A stretch of DNA of 64,000 bases, taken from NCBI GenBank assembly GCA_963836755.1, contig CAWIKF010000001.1, forward strand, positions 288,001-352,000, written 5' to 3'. The notes below the pieces were generated by a model that searched no databases, had not been told where the DNA came from, and saw nothing but the letters and a program-made list of their open reading frames with translations. Shown piece by piece: positions 1-9,410 of this stretch. Within the stretch, counting starts at the first letter, position 1. Each line of letters starts with the position of its first letter. The position numbers and the translations under genes are program-made. Source of the stretch: an uncultured Verrucomicrobiae bacterium (GTDB taxonomy: Bacteria; Verrucomicrobiota; Verrucomicrobiia; Chthoniobacterales; Chthoniobacteraceae).

Positions 1-1212
1 CGCCGGAGATTGTTTGACGTTCGCGCGAGCGAAGAGCGATTCAAACTCACGCGTGATGCTAGCGACAATGCCGCCCGCGCGCAGCTCCGCGGGGAGCACA
101 TCGAAAGTATAGGTTTCGATTTCCCAGTGCGGCGCGCGACCGTCGCGAATTTTTGCAAAAAATTCAGGCGTGAGCAGGGAGGAAGTCGAAGCGAGTGTTC
201 CGTAATTTTCGCAAAAAATCGGGACATGAAAATGAACACGCGCCTCGTTTACTCCCGCAATCTTGGGCAGGTCGCGTAGTGCATCCGGAAGATCATCCCA
301 AGAAGGCAAATCGTCCGAGAAGCCTCGCTGTGCCTTGGTTTGATGCAGATACACGGGTTCGCAAAATTCCGCCAGAGCACTCCAGCTCTGGGAGCTTCCG
401 CGAGCGCGCAAAGCGGCGCTGAGTTGCACTTTCGAGATGCGAATATTCTCCGTAGCGAAGCGCCACAGCGACTCGAGGAAATCTTCAAATTGCAACGCCA
501 CGTGACACGTATCGAAGCAGACACCGAGGTGGCGATGAAGCAAAGCGTCGGACTTTTCTTCAGTGACTTCCAACTCCGTCGTCAAAACCTCGCTGCAGCA
601 TTTTCGCAACGGACCGTTAAAAAAATGGATGAATTCAGCAGTCGTCTCGAGATAACACGATGGCTCCGGTTCCAGTCCGAGATGGATTTCCTTTCCCGTC
701 GCGCGCTCAATCTTCGCGAGATGCAGCACGCACTCCGCGAGCATTTGCGCCATCGCAAGGACGTCGAGGTCATCCTCGATCCATTTTTTGAACGAGCACG
801 GCACTGTGCTGATGCTGCCGCTCACGCCATCCGGCAAAAGATCGGCGAGAATTTCCGCGAGCAAATTTGTGTAGTCGCGCCGCGCCGTCGTGCGCCAGTC
901 GGGAGCGTAAACCTGCTCCTTCACACGACCCGCATGGAACTGCCCAAACGGAAATCCATTGATCGTGAAAACGTAGAGATTTTCCTGCTCAAGAAAATTT
1001 CTGAATTCCTCGCGAGCCTTCGCTGAAGCCAGTTCGCGGGCCGCGCATGCGCTCAATCGCAAGCCGATGGCAAATTGTTTCCGGGGATTCACGCGATCCC
1101 TCACAGCGGTTGCGTATGTGCGAATGGCGTCAAAGTTTTCCGCCCAACTTTCGCCACGATGGACGTTCAGGCAGTAGGTCAAATGGACCGGCGGATCGCT
1201 TTGAATGAGCAT
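1..1212 (-). CDS. eboE: EboE-like metabolite traffic protein (xylose isomerase-like TIM barrel); 3' end runs off the window
   Basis: Not in the ORF track because it has no stop in the window. Manual translation of both ends from ATG 1212 (TGATG overlap with eboD stop) gives MLIQSDPPVHLTYCLNVHRGESW...GLRLS...FTINGFPFGQFH..VKEQVYAPDW and, in the same frame, HWEIETYTFDVLP near the edge. These are EboE-type motifs. Confidence 0.88.
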   Translation of the reverse strand, partial: MLIQSDPPVHLTYCLNVHRGESWAENFDAIRTYATAVRDRVNPRKQFAIGLRLSACAARELASAKAREEFRNFLEQENLYVFTINGFPFGQFHAGRVKEQVYAPDWRTTARRDYTNLLAEILADLLPDGVSGSISTVPCSFKKWIEDDLDVLAMAQMLAECVLHLAKIERATGKEIHLGLEPEPSCYLETTAEFIHFFNGPLRKCCSEVLTTELEVTEEKSDALLHRHLGVCFDTCHVALQFEDFLESLWRFATENIRISKVQLSAALRARGSSQSWSALAEFCEPVYLHQTKAQRGFSDDLPSWDDLPDALRDLPKIAGVNEARVHFHVPIFCENYGTLASTSSLLTPEFFAKIRDGRAPHWEIETYTFDVLPAELRAGGIVASITREFESLFARANVKQSPA

Positions 1213-2351
1213 CAGGACGCAAGCGCTTTGATTTTGGCAAGCGCGCGGCGCATGACGTCAAAATCGATGTCGTGCACTTCGTGACGCGCACCAATCTCTT
1301 TGGGAAAAGTCACACAAAGCTCGCCGCCGAGATGTTCCTGAAATTCGCGAAGACCGTCAAAAATGTCCTCGCCTTCCAATTCTTTGTGCCACGCGGGAAA
1401 ACCCACTGCGCCAAGGCTCGCATGAAGTTCGCGGAAATCGATTTCGTTCATCCAGCCGCGCTCCATTGCGTAAGCGGAATCAAGCAGAATGCCCGCTGCG
1501 ACAGCATCGCCGTGCGAAATGGAAAAGTCCGACAACGCCTCGAGCTTATGCGCGGACCAATGGCCGAAATCGAGCGGACGCGCGTGCCCCATCTCAAACG
1601 GATCGCCGCCGGCCCGGATGTGCTCGAGATGCAATTCCGCGCAATGTCTGACGAGATGTCGCATGGAAGCTTCGTCGCGCGCGCGCAACTTTTTCGCGTG
1701 TTCATTGAGCCAGTCGAAAAAATCGCGGTCGCGAATGATCGCGACTTTGAACGCCTCGGCCACACCGCTCCGCCATTCGCGATCGTTCAATGTCAGCAAA
1801 AATTGAAAATCGTTGATGACGGCGAATGGCGGCGTGAATGTGCCAAGCGCGTTTTTCACGCCGCGAAAATTGATGCCGGTTTTGACGCCGACGCCGCCAT
1901 CATTTTGCGCGAGCACCGTTGTCGGAATGCGGATGATGCGCAGTCCGCGATGCACCAGCGATGCTGCGAAGCCGACGGCATCGAGGACCGCGCCACCACC
2001 GATGATCAGCACGAACGCGTGCCGATCGAGATGACAGTCCAGCATCTGCGCAGCCCAGTCGAAATTTCGGTTGAGATCATTTTTCGCAGATTCTCCGCCC
2101 ACCGCGACTTGGACGGGAGCCGCGAGTTTCATCGTCTCTGCCTGCGCGTGGAAATATTCTTCGATCTGCGTCAAAATCTTCGGCGCCGCTCGCCTCACAT
2201 TTTCATCCACGAAAGCCATCGCCCGATGCTGTCGGCCCTCGCGCAAACGATTCATCACTTCCACGAGCACGGGATTGTCCTGCGCGAAAATGTGGTCGGT
2301 AAAGACGACCGGAAACGCGAATGGAACGCTGATTTTTTGCTCGATCATCAT
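1212..2351 (-). CDS. eboD: 3-dehydroquinate synthase-like sugar-phosphate cyclase (EboD-like)
   Basis: GGGAVLDAVGFAA, RIPTTVLAQNDGGVGVK, EAFKVA and RPLDFGHWSAHKLE motifs; flanked by other ebo genes. Confidence 0.88.
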   Translation of the reverse strand: MMIEQKISVPFAFPVVFTDHIFAQDNPVLVEVMNRLREGRQHRAMAFVDENVRRAAPKILTQIEEYFHAQAETMKLAAPVQVAVGGESAKNDLNRNFDWAAQMLDCHLDRHAFVLIIGGGAVLDAVGFAASLVHRGLRIIRIPTTVLAQNDGGVGVKTGINFRGVKNALGTFTPPFAVINDFQFLLTLNDREWRSGVAEAFKVAIIRDRDFFDWLNEHAKKLRARDEASMRHLVRHCAELHLEHIRAGGDPFEMGHARPLDFGHWSAHKLEALSDFSISHGDAVAAGILLDSAYAMERGWMNEIDFRELHASLGAVGFPAWHKELEGEDIFDGLREFQEHLGGELCVTFPKEIGARHEVHDIDFDVMRRALAKIKALAS

Positions 2352-3616
2352 GCCTGTTTGTCGAGCCAGACGCGGGTCAATCGCGCGAGATCTAGCAGCG
2401 AATTTGGCTGTGCCGGAAATTGCAGCGAGGAGGTCCAGGCGACTGGCGCATCGGGACGCCCGTGCGAGCCGCGAATCCGCTTGGGATCAGCGCTCACAGA
2501 CGGCGGCGGCCACCCGAAAAATAATTCGCACGGGTCGTAGCCGGGCTTGTTGTGGATGTCCACGTGCGACGCGAAATCCGGCGCCTCGCGTCTGTCCTTC
2601 CACCACGGATATGCAAACCATGTGCCGCTCGACGCGATGAGCAGCAGATCGCCGCCGCGCGGATGCGCGACACCGCGCACGCGTTGCTCGTCGCGGTCGA
2701 GCACCGCCTCAATGCCGGGCAATTTGCTGAGGGCGGCTTTTGCATCCGCGGTGGCCTTTTCATCCGCGGTGAACACGTGGGCGACCTGATGATCGACCAT
2801 TGCGAAAGCCCGGCTGGAGAAAAAGTCCGCGTAGCTCATATGTTTAACGCATCGTTCGTTAAACAAACCCGCGCCGCGCAATCTTCGATTTGGGAAAATC
2901 GTTTCGCCCATCACCGGCTCAATCGCATAGTCGCCATAGAACAAAGTCTCGAAGCCGCTTCGCGCCGCTTCTGCCTTTAAGCGATCGACGTAACTGAGCA
3001 ATGTCTTCAACGCACGCTTCGCCTGCGGGCTCGCTGGTCCGTGCCGCTGCAAATCGTAGTCGAGATGCGGGATGTAGCTGAAAAGCAAATCGGGCGTATC
3101 AGCCATTCGCATCACGGCGCAAGTCGCTGCGACGATCCAGTCGCTCGATTTTCGTGAAGCGAGCGGTCCCCAATAATTCATGAGATTAAAAGGGCGGCCG
3201 ACCTCTTTCGTGAGCCGCGTATAAAGATCGTGCGGCTTCGCGTAGCAATCCTGAATCATTCCGCCGCCGTGCTTGTGAATCGGCGCCGGGGAGAGAAGCA
3301 GGTCGACATCTTCGCCGAGACTTTGCTGCCAAAACATCATGCCGACTCGCTTGCCGCCGTCGCGAAACTTTTTCCAAATGCGCTCGCCTTCCACAAGCGA
3401 CGAGGCCTGTTCCCAAAACAGCACCTTGCGCAGATCGCGAAAGAACAAACCGTTCGCGATCATGCCGTGAGCCTGCGGTTGTGAAGCCGTGCGGAACGAG
3501 GCCTGCGCGGTGCAGGTGACCGCTGGAAAAAACGGGGTCGCGCTCTGGAATCTGGGCAGGTCTTGCATCAGGTCCCACCCGAGTGCAGCGATTTGAACGA
3601 CGAGAAGTTTGGCCAC
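2348..3616 (-). CDS. eboF: Alkaline phosphatase / nucleotide pyrophosphatase family protein (EboF-like)
   Basis: FPAVTCTAQAS, YIPHLDYDLQRHG, VDHQVAHV, DIHNKPGYDPCELF, GSHG. Start set to GTG 3616, just after the eboC stop. Confidence 0.85.
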   Translation of the reverse strand: MAKLLVVQIAALGWDLMQDLPRFQSATPFFPAVTCTAQASFRTASQPQAHGMIANGLFFRDLRKVLFWEQASSLVEGERIWKKFRDGGKRVGMMFWQQSLGEDVDLLLSPAPIHKHGGGMIQDCYAKPHDLYTRLTKEVGRPFNLMNYWGPLASRKSSDWIVAATCAVMRMADTPDLLFSYIPHLDYDLQRHGPASPQAKRALKTLLSYVDRLKAEAARSGFETLFYGDYAIEPVMGETIFPNRRLRGAGLFNERCVKHMSYADFFSSRAFAMVDHQVAHVFTADEKATADAKAALSKLPGIEAVLDRDEQRVRGVAHPRGGDLLLIASSGTWFAYPWWKDRREAPDFASHVDIHNKPGYDPCELFFGWPPPSVSADPKRIRGSHGRPDAPVAWTSSLQFPAQPNSLLDLARLTRVWLDKQA

Positions 3617-3618
3617 AG

Positions 3619-4512
3619 TCAGCTTGCGTAAAAGCGCCTGCCAACTAAACGGCTGATCGGCCAGAGCGCAAGCAACACCAGCGCTGCGGCGAGGCTCGCG
3701 GGGGTGACGGTTTTCAGCGCCATGCACAGCGCTGCCTGCATCGGCAACAGCACGCGGATGAACGCGCCGATGAGTTGCGGTAAAGGCGCATTCGCATTGC
3801 GCAAGATCGCCACGGTAGGGGATGCGCCGGCAGCGATGGCGAGAAGATAAGAGGCGTAAAAAACGAAGTTCACTTCGTTGTTCTTATCGGAACAAAAGAC
3901 GACGCCGCCGGCGACGAGAGCGCACAGCGGAAGCAGTTTCATCGCGAGCGGCGTCGTTGATTTTGTTTCGAAGCCGGCAAGTTGTGTGACAGCTGCAACG
4001 TAAACGGTCATTAAACAGGCTGCGATGATCGCAATGCGAGAGACCGTTCCGGCGCAAGCGGCGCCGAGCAGCAGACTGAGGCCGCGACAAATCCCCATGT
4101 TCAGCACGCCGATCAGCGGAACATTTTTCAAAACGAAGTTGTAAAAGACAATTGCCGCGAGCAGCAGCGCGCCGAAAAGTAGAGCCGTCAGACTTGTGGC
4201 TGCGCACATTCCCAACCCGCAAAATGAAAGCGCAATCGCGACACACCACGCCGACCGAATCGTCGCTAAACCGTTTGGCAGTGGGCGTTCCGGGCGTTCT
4301 CGCTGATCTTCTTCAAGGTCGGCGATATCATTTAACAAGAGCCCAGCAGAGTAAAAACAGAGGGTCGCCGCCATCGCCGAAATCACGCCGCCGCTCAACG
4401 TGCCGCGGGTCGCGAGAAAAAACCCGGCCAGCGGATCACCCGGAACAGTGAAAAGATTTGGTGCTCGAAAAAGTTGCAGCCAAACGTTAAGCCGCGACGC
4501 ATTTTTCCTCAA
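3619..4512 (-). CDS. eboC: UbiA-family prenyltransferase (EboC-like)
   Basis: RAPNLFTVPGD, LLNDIADLEEDQRERPERPLP (NDxxDxxxD), MGICRGL; multiple TM segments. Confidence 0.85.
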   Translation of the reverse strand: MRKNASRLNVWLQLFRAPNLFTVPGDPLAGFFLATRGTLSGGVISAMAATLCFYSAGLLLNDIADLEEDQRERPERPLPNGLATIRSAWCVAIALSFCGLGMCAATSLTALLFGALLLAAIVFYNFVLKNVPLIGVLNMGICRGLSLLLGAACAGTVSRIAIIAACLMTVYVAAVTQLAGFETKSTTPLAMKLLPLCALVAGGVVFCSDKNNEVNFVFYASYLLAIAAGASPTVAILRNANAPLPQLIGAFIRVLLPMQAALCMALKTVTPASLAAALVLLALWPISRLVGRRFYAS

Positions 4513-4524
4513 GTTGCCGCCTCG

Positions 4525-5205
4525 CTAAACGTCGCGCCGCGTGATGATTTCAAACGTTTGCTTGAATTTCACGATGCTGTTTTCGGGCGCCACCCCGCGC
4601 CATTGCGTGCCGGGATAGACGATGCAATTGCGCCCGATGATCGAGCCAGGGCTGAGCACGGAATTGCAACCGATCTCCGCCTTGTCGCCAATGATTGCGC
4701 CAAATTTTCGAAGGCCAGTCGGCACAAATCCCTGCTTCGTCATCACGGTCACTTCGCCGCGATCGAGTTTCACGTTCGACAAAATCACGCCTGCGCCCAG
4801 GTGGCCCTTGTAGCCGATGATCGAGTCGCCCACGTAGCTGAAATGAGGAATCTCCGCGTCATCGAAGATGACGCAGTTTTTAAATTCGCACGAGTTTCCC
4901 AGCACCACGCCGTTGCCGACGATGACGTTTTCGCGAATGTAACAACCGTTGCGAATCTCGCAGCCGTCTCCGATCCACGCGGGACCTTTGATCATCGCGC
5001 CCTGCTCGATCGTCGTGTTTTTGCCGACAAAAACGGCGCCGCTGATGAACGGTTTTCCGATCAATCGGCCCTGCACCGCGGGTTTCAGTCGGAATTGCAG
5101 ATAACTCGGGATTTGCGGAAGCGCCTCCCATGCATTCGCCACATTCTCGAAAAGTTTGCGGTGATCGGTGTGATCGAGATCGAGAAATTTGTTGGGTGAG
5201 AACAT
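4525..5205 (-). CDS. GlmU C-terminal-like left-handed beta-helix acyltransferase
   Basis: Hexapeptide repeats; IPHFSYVGDSIIG, HLGAGVILSN, GLRKFGAIIGD; no nucleotidyltransferase domain. Confidence 0.8.
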   Translation of the reverse strand: MFSPNKFLDLDHTDHRKLFENVANAWEALPQIPSYLQFRLKPAVQGRLIGKPFISGAVFVGKNTTIEQGAMIKGPAWIGDGCEIRNGCYIRENVIVGNGVVLGNSCEFKNCVIFDDAEIPHFSYVGDSIIGYKGHLGAGVILSNVKLDRGEVTVMTKQGFVPTGLRKFGAIIGDKAEIGCNSVLSPGSIIGRNCIVYPGTQWRGVAPENSIVKFKQTFEIITRRDV

Positions 5206-5246
5206 CGTTTAAAAGTTTGAAACACGCGTCGGACTTGTCGAGCACT

Positions 5247-6647
5247 TCATGCGGCGCGGGCAGTGAGTCTTTGGCCCTCTTTTTCATCCTTCACGATCCA
5301 GCCGAGGGCGAAGATTTCATCGCGCAGCTCATCACTTTTTTTCCAATCTTTCGCCATGCGCGCGGCTTTGCGTTGTTCGACAAGCGCGAGAACTTCTGCG
5401 GGAATTTCTGTGTCTTCAGGCGCGAGCATCAGCACGGCATCAATGTTTTCCCAAGCCTCGAGGAGCGCTTGCGCTTCAGATGGCGACAAGTTCATTTCGT
5501 CCATCGCGCGATTGGAATCGCGGATGAGATTGAAGACGTGGCCGAGCGCGCCCGAAATGTTTAAATCATCGTCGAGCGCATTTTGGAATTCCGCGAGCGC
5601 CGCGTTCGAACTCGCCGACTTCGCGTCTGCATTTTGCGCGAGCTTTGACAATCGCGCAGTCCATTCGTCAATCCGCATCAGCGCACTTCGTGCCGCGCCT
5701 AATCCATCGAAAGTGAAATTCAGCGGTAAGCGATAATTGACGGAGATCAAGGCGTAACGGACTTCTCGACCGGTCCAGCCCTTGGCGAGCAGATCGCGCA
5801 GCGTGTAAAAGTTGCCGAACGATTTCGACATCTTTCGTCCCTCGACCATCAGGTGTGCGCAATGAAGCCAATACCTCACAAATTTAACTCCTGTGCAACA
5901 CTCTGATTGTGCAATCTCGGCTTCGTGGTGTGGAAAAATGTTGTCCACTCCTCCGCAATGGATGTCGAGTTCCGGGCCCAGCAGAGCCGTCGCCATCGCG
6001 CTGCACTCGATGTGCCAGCCTGGCCGTCCGCGGCCCCACGGCGCATCCCATCCGACCTCGCCATCGGCTTCAGTCCACGCTTTCCAAAGCGCGAAATCGC
6101 CGATGTTTTCCTTCTCATAATCATCGCTGCTGACTCGACCCGTCGGGCGCATTTCTTCAAGGTTGAGATGCGCAAGTCTTCCGTAATCAGGAAATTTGCT
6201 GAGGCGAAAATAGACCGACTTGTCTTCGGCCTGATACGCGACGCCGGCATCGAGAAGTGTTGCGATCATTTCAATCATTCTCGCGATGTAGCGCGGCTCC
6301 GTCGCGGCCGGGAAAGCTGATGGCGGCTTGATTCGCAGGGTTTTCAGGTCCTCAAAAAACGCATCTTTGTAACGCTGCGTGAATTCGGCCAGCGGCAGAT
6401 TTGCATCCCGGCTGCCGCGGATTGTCTTGTCGTCTACATCGGTCAAATTCATCACCCGTTCGACCTTGAACCCGCGCGATTCCAGATGCCTTTGCAGAAG
6501 ATCTTCGAAGATGTAAGCGCGAAAATTTCCAATGTGCGCAAAGTTATAAACTGTCGGGCCGCACGTATAAAGTTTGACGAGCGGCGGAGCGAGCGGCTCG
6601 AAAACTTCCAGCTCGCGGGAATAAGTGTTGAACAGGCGGAGCGGCAT
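5247..6647 (-). CDS. cysS: Cysteine--tRNA ligase
   Basis: YTCGPTVY, HIGN, GRPGWHIECSAM, KMSKS. Confidence 0.98.
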   Translation of the reverse strand: MPLRLFNTYSRELEVFEPLAPPLVKLYTCGPTVYNFAHIGNFRAYIFEDLLQRHLESRGFKVERVMNLTDVDDKTIRGSRDANLPLAEFTQRYKDAFFEDLKTLRIKPPSAFPAATEPRYIARMIEMIATLLDAGVAYQAEDKSVYFRLSKFPDYGRLAHLNLEEMRPTGRVSSDDYEKENIGDFALWKAWTEADGEVGWDAPWGRGRPGWHIECSAMATALLGPELDIHCGGVDNIFPHHEAEIAQSECCTGVKFVRYWLHCAHLMVEGRKMSKSFGNFYTLRDLLAKGWTGREVRYALISVNYRLPLNFTFDGLGAARSALMRIDEWTARLSKLAQNADAKSASSNAALAEFQNALDDDLNISGALGHVFNLIRDSNRAMDEMNLSPSEAQALLEAWENIDAVLMLAPEDTEIPAEVLALVEQRKAARMAKDWKKSDELRDEIFALGWIVKDEKEGQRLTARAA

Positions 6648-7160
6648 TTAAACGAGGACGGCCGGTGGCGCGGTGCGATCGGCATCCATTCGCTCGACAC
6701 TTGCGACGGCCATCGCTGCCATTCCTTCGCCGCGACCGATGAAGCCGAGCAGCTCGTTGGTCGTAGCCTTGATGCCAACACGATCTGCGGGCAATTGCAG
6801 AACGCCGGCAATCTTTTCGCGCATCGCTGGAATGTGCGGTCCTATTTTCGGCGCCTCAGCGAGGAGCGTGGCGTCAATGTTTACAACGCGCGCATTTTTA
6901 TTTCCTAAAATCAACGAGACCCGCTGCAAAATTTCGATGCTGCTGATGCCGCGGATCGACTCGTCACTGTTCGGAAAATGATGGCCGATGTCTTGTTCGC
7001 CGACTGCGCCAAGCAACGCATCGGCGATCGCGTGCAGCAGCACATCCGCGTCCGAATGCCCGTCCAGCCCGAGCGTGTGGGAGATCTCTATGCCGCCGAG
7101 AATCAGCTTCCTGCCTTGCACAAGCCGATGAACGTCGTAACCGATGCCGACCAAACTCAT
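6648..7160 (-). CDS. ispF: 2-C-methyl-D-erythritol 2,4-cyclodiphosphate synthase
   Basis: GIGYDVHRL, GHSDADVLLHA, KATTNE.LGFIGRGEG. Confidence 0.97.
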   Translation of the reverse strand: MSLVGIGYDVHRLVQGRKLILGGIEISHTLGLDGHSDADVLLHAIADALLGAVGEQDIGHHFPNSDESIRGISSIEILQRVSLILGNKNARVVNIDATLLAEAPKIGPHIPAMREKIAGVLQLPADRVGIKATTNELLGFIGRGEGMAAMAVASVERMDADRTAPPAVLV

Positions 7161-7163
7161 GCT

Positions 7164-7910
7164 TTAGATTCCAAGATCGATGCGGCCGTTCGATGCGACC
7201 ACAGACAATTTTCCCGGAGCGTCGGTGCGCTCCTGGACATTGATTCTTCCGCCAGCGTTCTGGACTAAAAGTTTTCCCGCTGCGATGTCCCACAAGCTCA
7301 CCGATTGTTCGATGTAAGCGTCGAGTCGACCGCAAGCCACATAGGCGAGATCGAGCGCGGCGCTGCCCATCAACCGGCATTTGCGTGCCCTGTATACCAT
7401 TTGTTCAAACAACGGAAGACCGCTATCGATCGTGGTTTTTGTTTTGGAAAATCCGACCGAGAGCACCGCTTCGGAAAGTTGCGTGCGCTCGCTCACGTTG
7501 ATGACGGCACCATTGAGTTCAGAAGATTTCCCGAGCCGCGTCTGCCAGAGCTCGTCGCGAATCGGATCGTAAATCACGCCGACTTCGATTTCGCCGCGCA
7601 CACGCAGCGCGATCGAGATGCAGAAATGCGGAATCCCGTAAAAAAAATTCACCGTTCCATCGATCGGATCGATGATCCATTGCGAGTCGCTTTCCTGGTT
7701 ACCGGCAATGCCTTCCTCGCCAAAAATTGCGTGCTCGGGAAACGCATCGAGGATGATTTTCGTGATCAAACTCTGCGAGCGCACATCGAGCTCAAGCTTA
7801 ATGTCATGGGCTTCGATCGCATTGACCTCAAGCGTCGCGCCAAAATTTTCGCGCAGCAATTCGCCGGTGGCGCGAGCGGCGTGAACGGCGATTTCGAGAG
7901 GATCAGTCAT
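7164..7910 (-). CDS. suhB: Inositol monophosphatase family protein
   Basis: GEEG, WIIDPIDGTVNF, GSAALDLAYVACGRLD, WDIAAG; start set to ATG 7910. Confidence 0.9.
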   Translation of the reverse strand: MTDPLEIAVHAARATGELLRENFGATLEVNAIEAHDIKLELDVRSQSLITKIILDAFPEHAIFGEEGIAGNQESDSQWIIDPIDGTVNFFYGIPHFCISIALRVRGEIEVGVIYDPIRDELWQTRLGKSSELNGAVINVSERTQLSEAVLSVGFSKTKTTIDSGLPLFEQMVYRARKCRLMGSAALDLAYVACGRLDAYIEQSVSLWDIAAGKLLVQNAGGRINVQERTDAPGKLSVVASNGRIDLGI

Positions 7911-7944
7911 GCGTGAAAGAGGAGGTGCGGATGTTGACAAAGAA

Positions 7945-7976
7945 AATGGGAGGAGAAAACAAATTCTCCTCCCATT
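7945..7976 (-). terminator. Intrinsic terminator downstream of the Lys/Ala-rich peptide gene
   Basis: Perfect 13-bp inverted repeat AATGGGAGGAGAA / TTCTCCTCCCATT followed by TTCTTT on the minus strand. Confidence 0.8.
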
Positions 7977-8001
7977 CGGTTAAACTGATTTTGAAATCAG
8001 G

Positions 8002-8121
8002 TTATTTTTTCTTCGCGGTTTTTTTGGCGGCCGGCTTTTTAGCGGCTGCTTTTTTGGCGGCCGGTTTCTTCGCAGCCATTTTCTTGGCCGGGGCTTTTTT
8101 TACTACTTTCTTAGTGGGCAT
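8002..8121 (-). CDS. 39-aa Lys/Ala-rich histone H1-like basic peptide
   Basis: MPTKKVVKKAPAKKMAAKKPAAKKAAAKKPAAKKTAKKK*; purine-rich RBS-like GAAAGGGGG upstream; terminator downstream; below the ORF-track length cutoff. Confidence 0.8.
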   Translation of the reverse strand: MPTKKVVKKAPAKKMAAKKPAAKKAAAKKPAAKKTAKKK

Positions 8122-8217
8122 CGACAATCCCCCCTTTCAATCCGCGAGTTGCGGTGGTTGTGAAATTCACGATCAACATTGATCTGAGGTTGTAAGTAAG
8201 AGACGCAGTTTTTTCCG

Positions 8218-8856
8218 TCAACGTTTTTCTGCAAGATGATGAAAGATTTTTAAAAGTTTGTTGGCGAGGGCTCGTTTGTTTTCGCGCGGCATCACGAGCG
8301 TTTCTCCGCTTTTAAAAAACAGCTGCAGCTCGTTGTCATCGCTCTCCAGCCCTGTATCCATGCGGCTTACATCGTTTCCGATGATGAGATCACAGTTTTT
8401 TTCACGCAGTTTTTTTTGTGCATGTTCCGCGAGCAATTCCGTCTCCGCAGCGAATCCAACAATCGCGATTTTTTTTTTCGTGATGTGAAGTGACGACAAA
8501 ATATCGCGCGTTGGAACAAGCGTGATTTGCAATGACGCTTCGTGTTTTTTCAATTTCTGCGCGTGAAATTTTGCGGGTTTGAAATCAGCGACCGCGGCAC
8601 ACATCACGAGGCAGTTAGCGGCATCAACGCGTTGCTGCACGGCGTTAAACATGTCGTCGCTCGTCACAACTGGCACAATCTCCGCGCCGAATGGCGCGGG
8701 GAGGCAGACGGGGCCGCTGACGAGAGTCACTTCATCGCCGGCGTCGAGCGCAGCCTGCGCGATGGCGTAGCCCATTTTTCCGGAGGAGCGGTTGCTGAGA
8801 AAACGGACCGGGTCGATCGCTTCGCGAGTGGGGCCGGCGGTGACGAGGAATTTCAA
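8218..8856 (-). CDS. coaB: Phosphopantothenate--cysteine ligase
   Basis: VTAGPTREAIDPVRFLSNRSSGKMG, AAVADF, VGFAAET; TTG start overlaps the coaC stop (TTGA). Confidence 0.92.
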   Translation of the reverse strand: MKFLVTAGPTREAIDPVRFLSNRSSGKMGYAIAQAALDAGDEVTLVSGPVCLPAPFGAEIVPVVTSDDMFNAVQQRVDAANCLVMCAAVADFKPAKFHAQKLKKHEASLQITLVPTRDILSSLHITKKKIAIVGFAAETELLAEHAQKKLREKNCDLIIGNDVSRMDTGLESDDNELQLFFKSGETLVMPRENKRALANKLLKIFHHLAEKR

Positions 8857-9410
8857 GTTTGTGGACGCGCGAGAATTTCTTCCGCACGAGCGATGATGCC
8901 GTCGATCTGCCACATGCGGCCGAGTCCCTCATATCCGCAGGCAAGCATTCCCGCTTCGGGACCGATGAAGTCGACGCGCCGTGCTTTCAGAGTGTCAACG
9001 TTCTGTTGTGTGGCAGGATGCTTCCACATTTTGCCATTCATCGCGGGCGCGATCAGCACTGGCGCGAGAGTTGCGAGTGCAATTTCTGTCAGCGGATTGG
9101 CGGCGAGACCGTGCGCGAACTCAGCGATAATGTTGGCGGTGGCGGGCGCGATGAGCAGGAGGTCAGCGCGATCGGAGAGCTCGATGTGACTGGGGCGCCA
9201 GTTTTCCTTTTCGTCGAAGATGCTGATGAGCACAGGGTTTTTCGACAGCGTCTGCAATGTGAGTGGTGTGATGAATCGCTGCGCACCACCGGTCATGATG
9301 ACGTGGACGTCATTGCCGCGCCTCACGAGTTGACTCACCAAATCGGCGGATTTGTAGGCCGCGATCGAGCCGGTGATGCCGACGAGAATCGTCTTTCGCG
9401 CGTCACTCAT
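8853..9410 (-). CDS. coaC: Phosphopantothenoylcysteine decarboxylase
   Basis: GITGSIAAYKS, APATANIIA, APAMNGKMW, LACGYEGLGRM; ATG 9410. Confidence 0.93.
   Translation of the reverse strand: MSDARKTILVGITGSIAAYKSADLVSQLVRRGNDVHVIMTGGAQRFITPLTLQTLSKNPVLISIFDEKENWRPSHIELSDRADLLLIAPATANIIAEFAHGLAANPLTEIALATLAPVLIAPAMNGKMWKHPATQQNVDTLKARRVDFIGPEAGMLACGYEGLGRMWQIDGIIARAEEILARPQT

Noticed and set aside
340..1026. 228-aa plus-strand ORF
   Set aside because: Antisense shadow of eboE
7913..8182. 89-aa hydrophobic plus-strand ORF (FLAAGFLAA repeats)
   Set aside because: Reverse-complement reading of the Lys/Ala-rich peptide gene, which has the RBS and terminator
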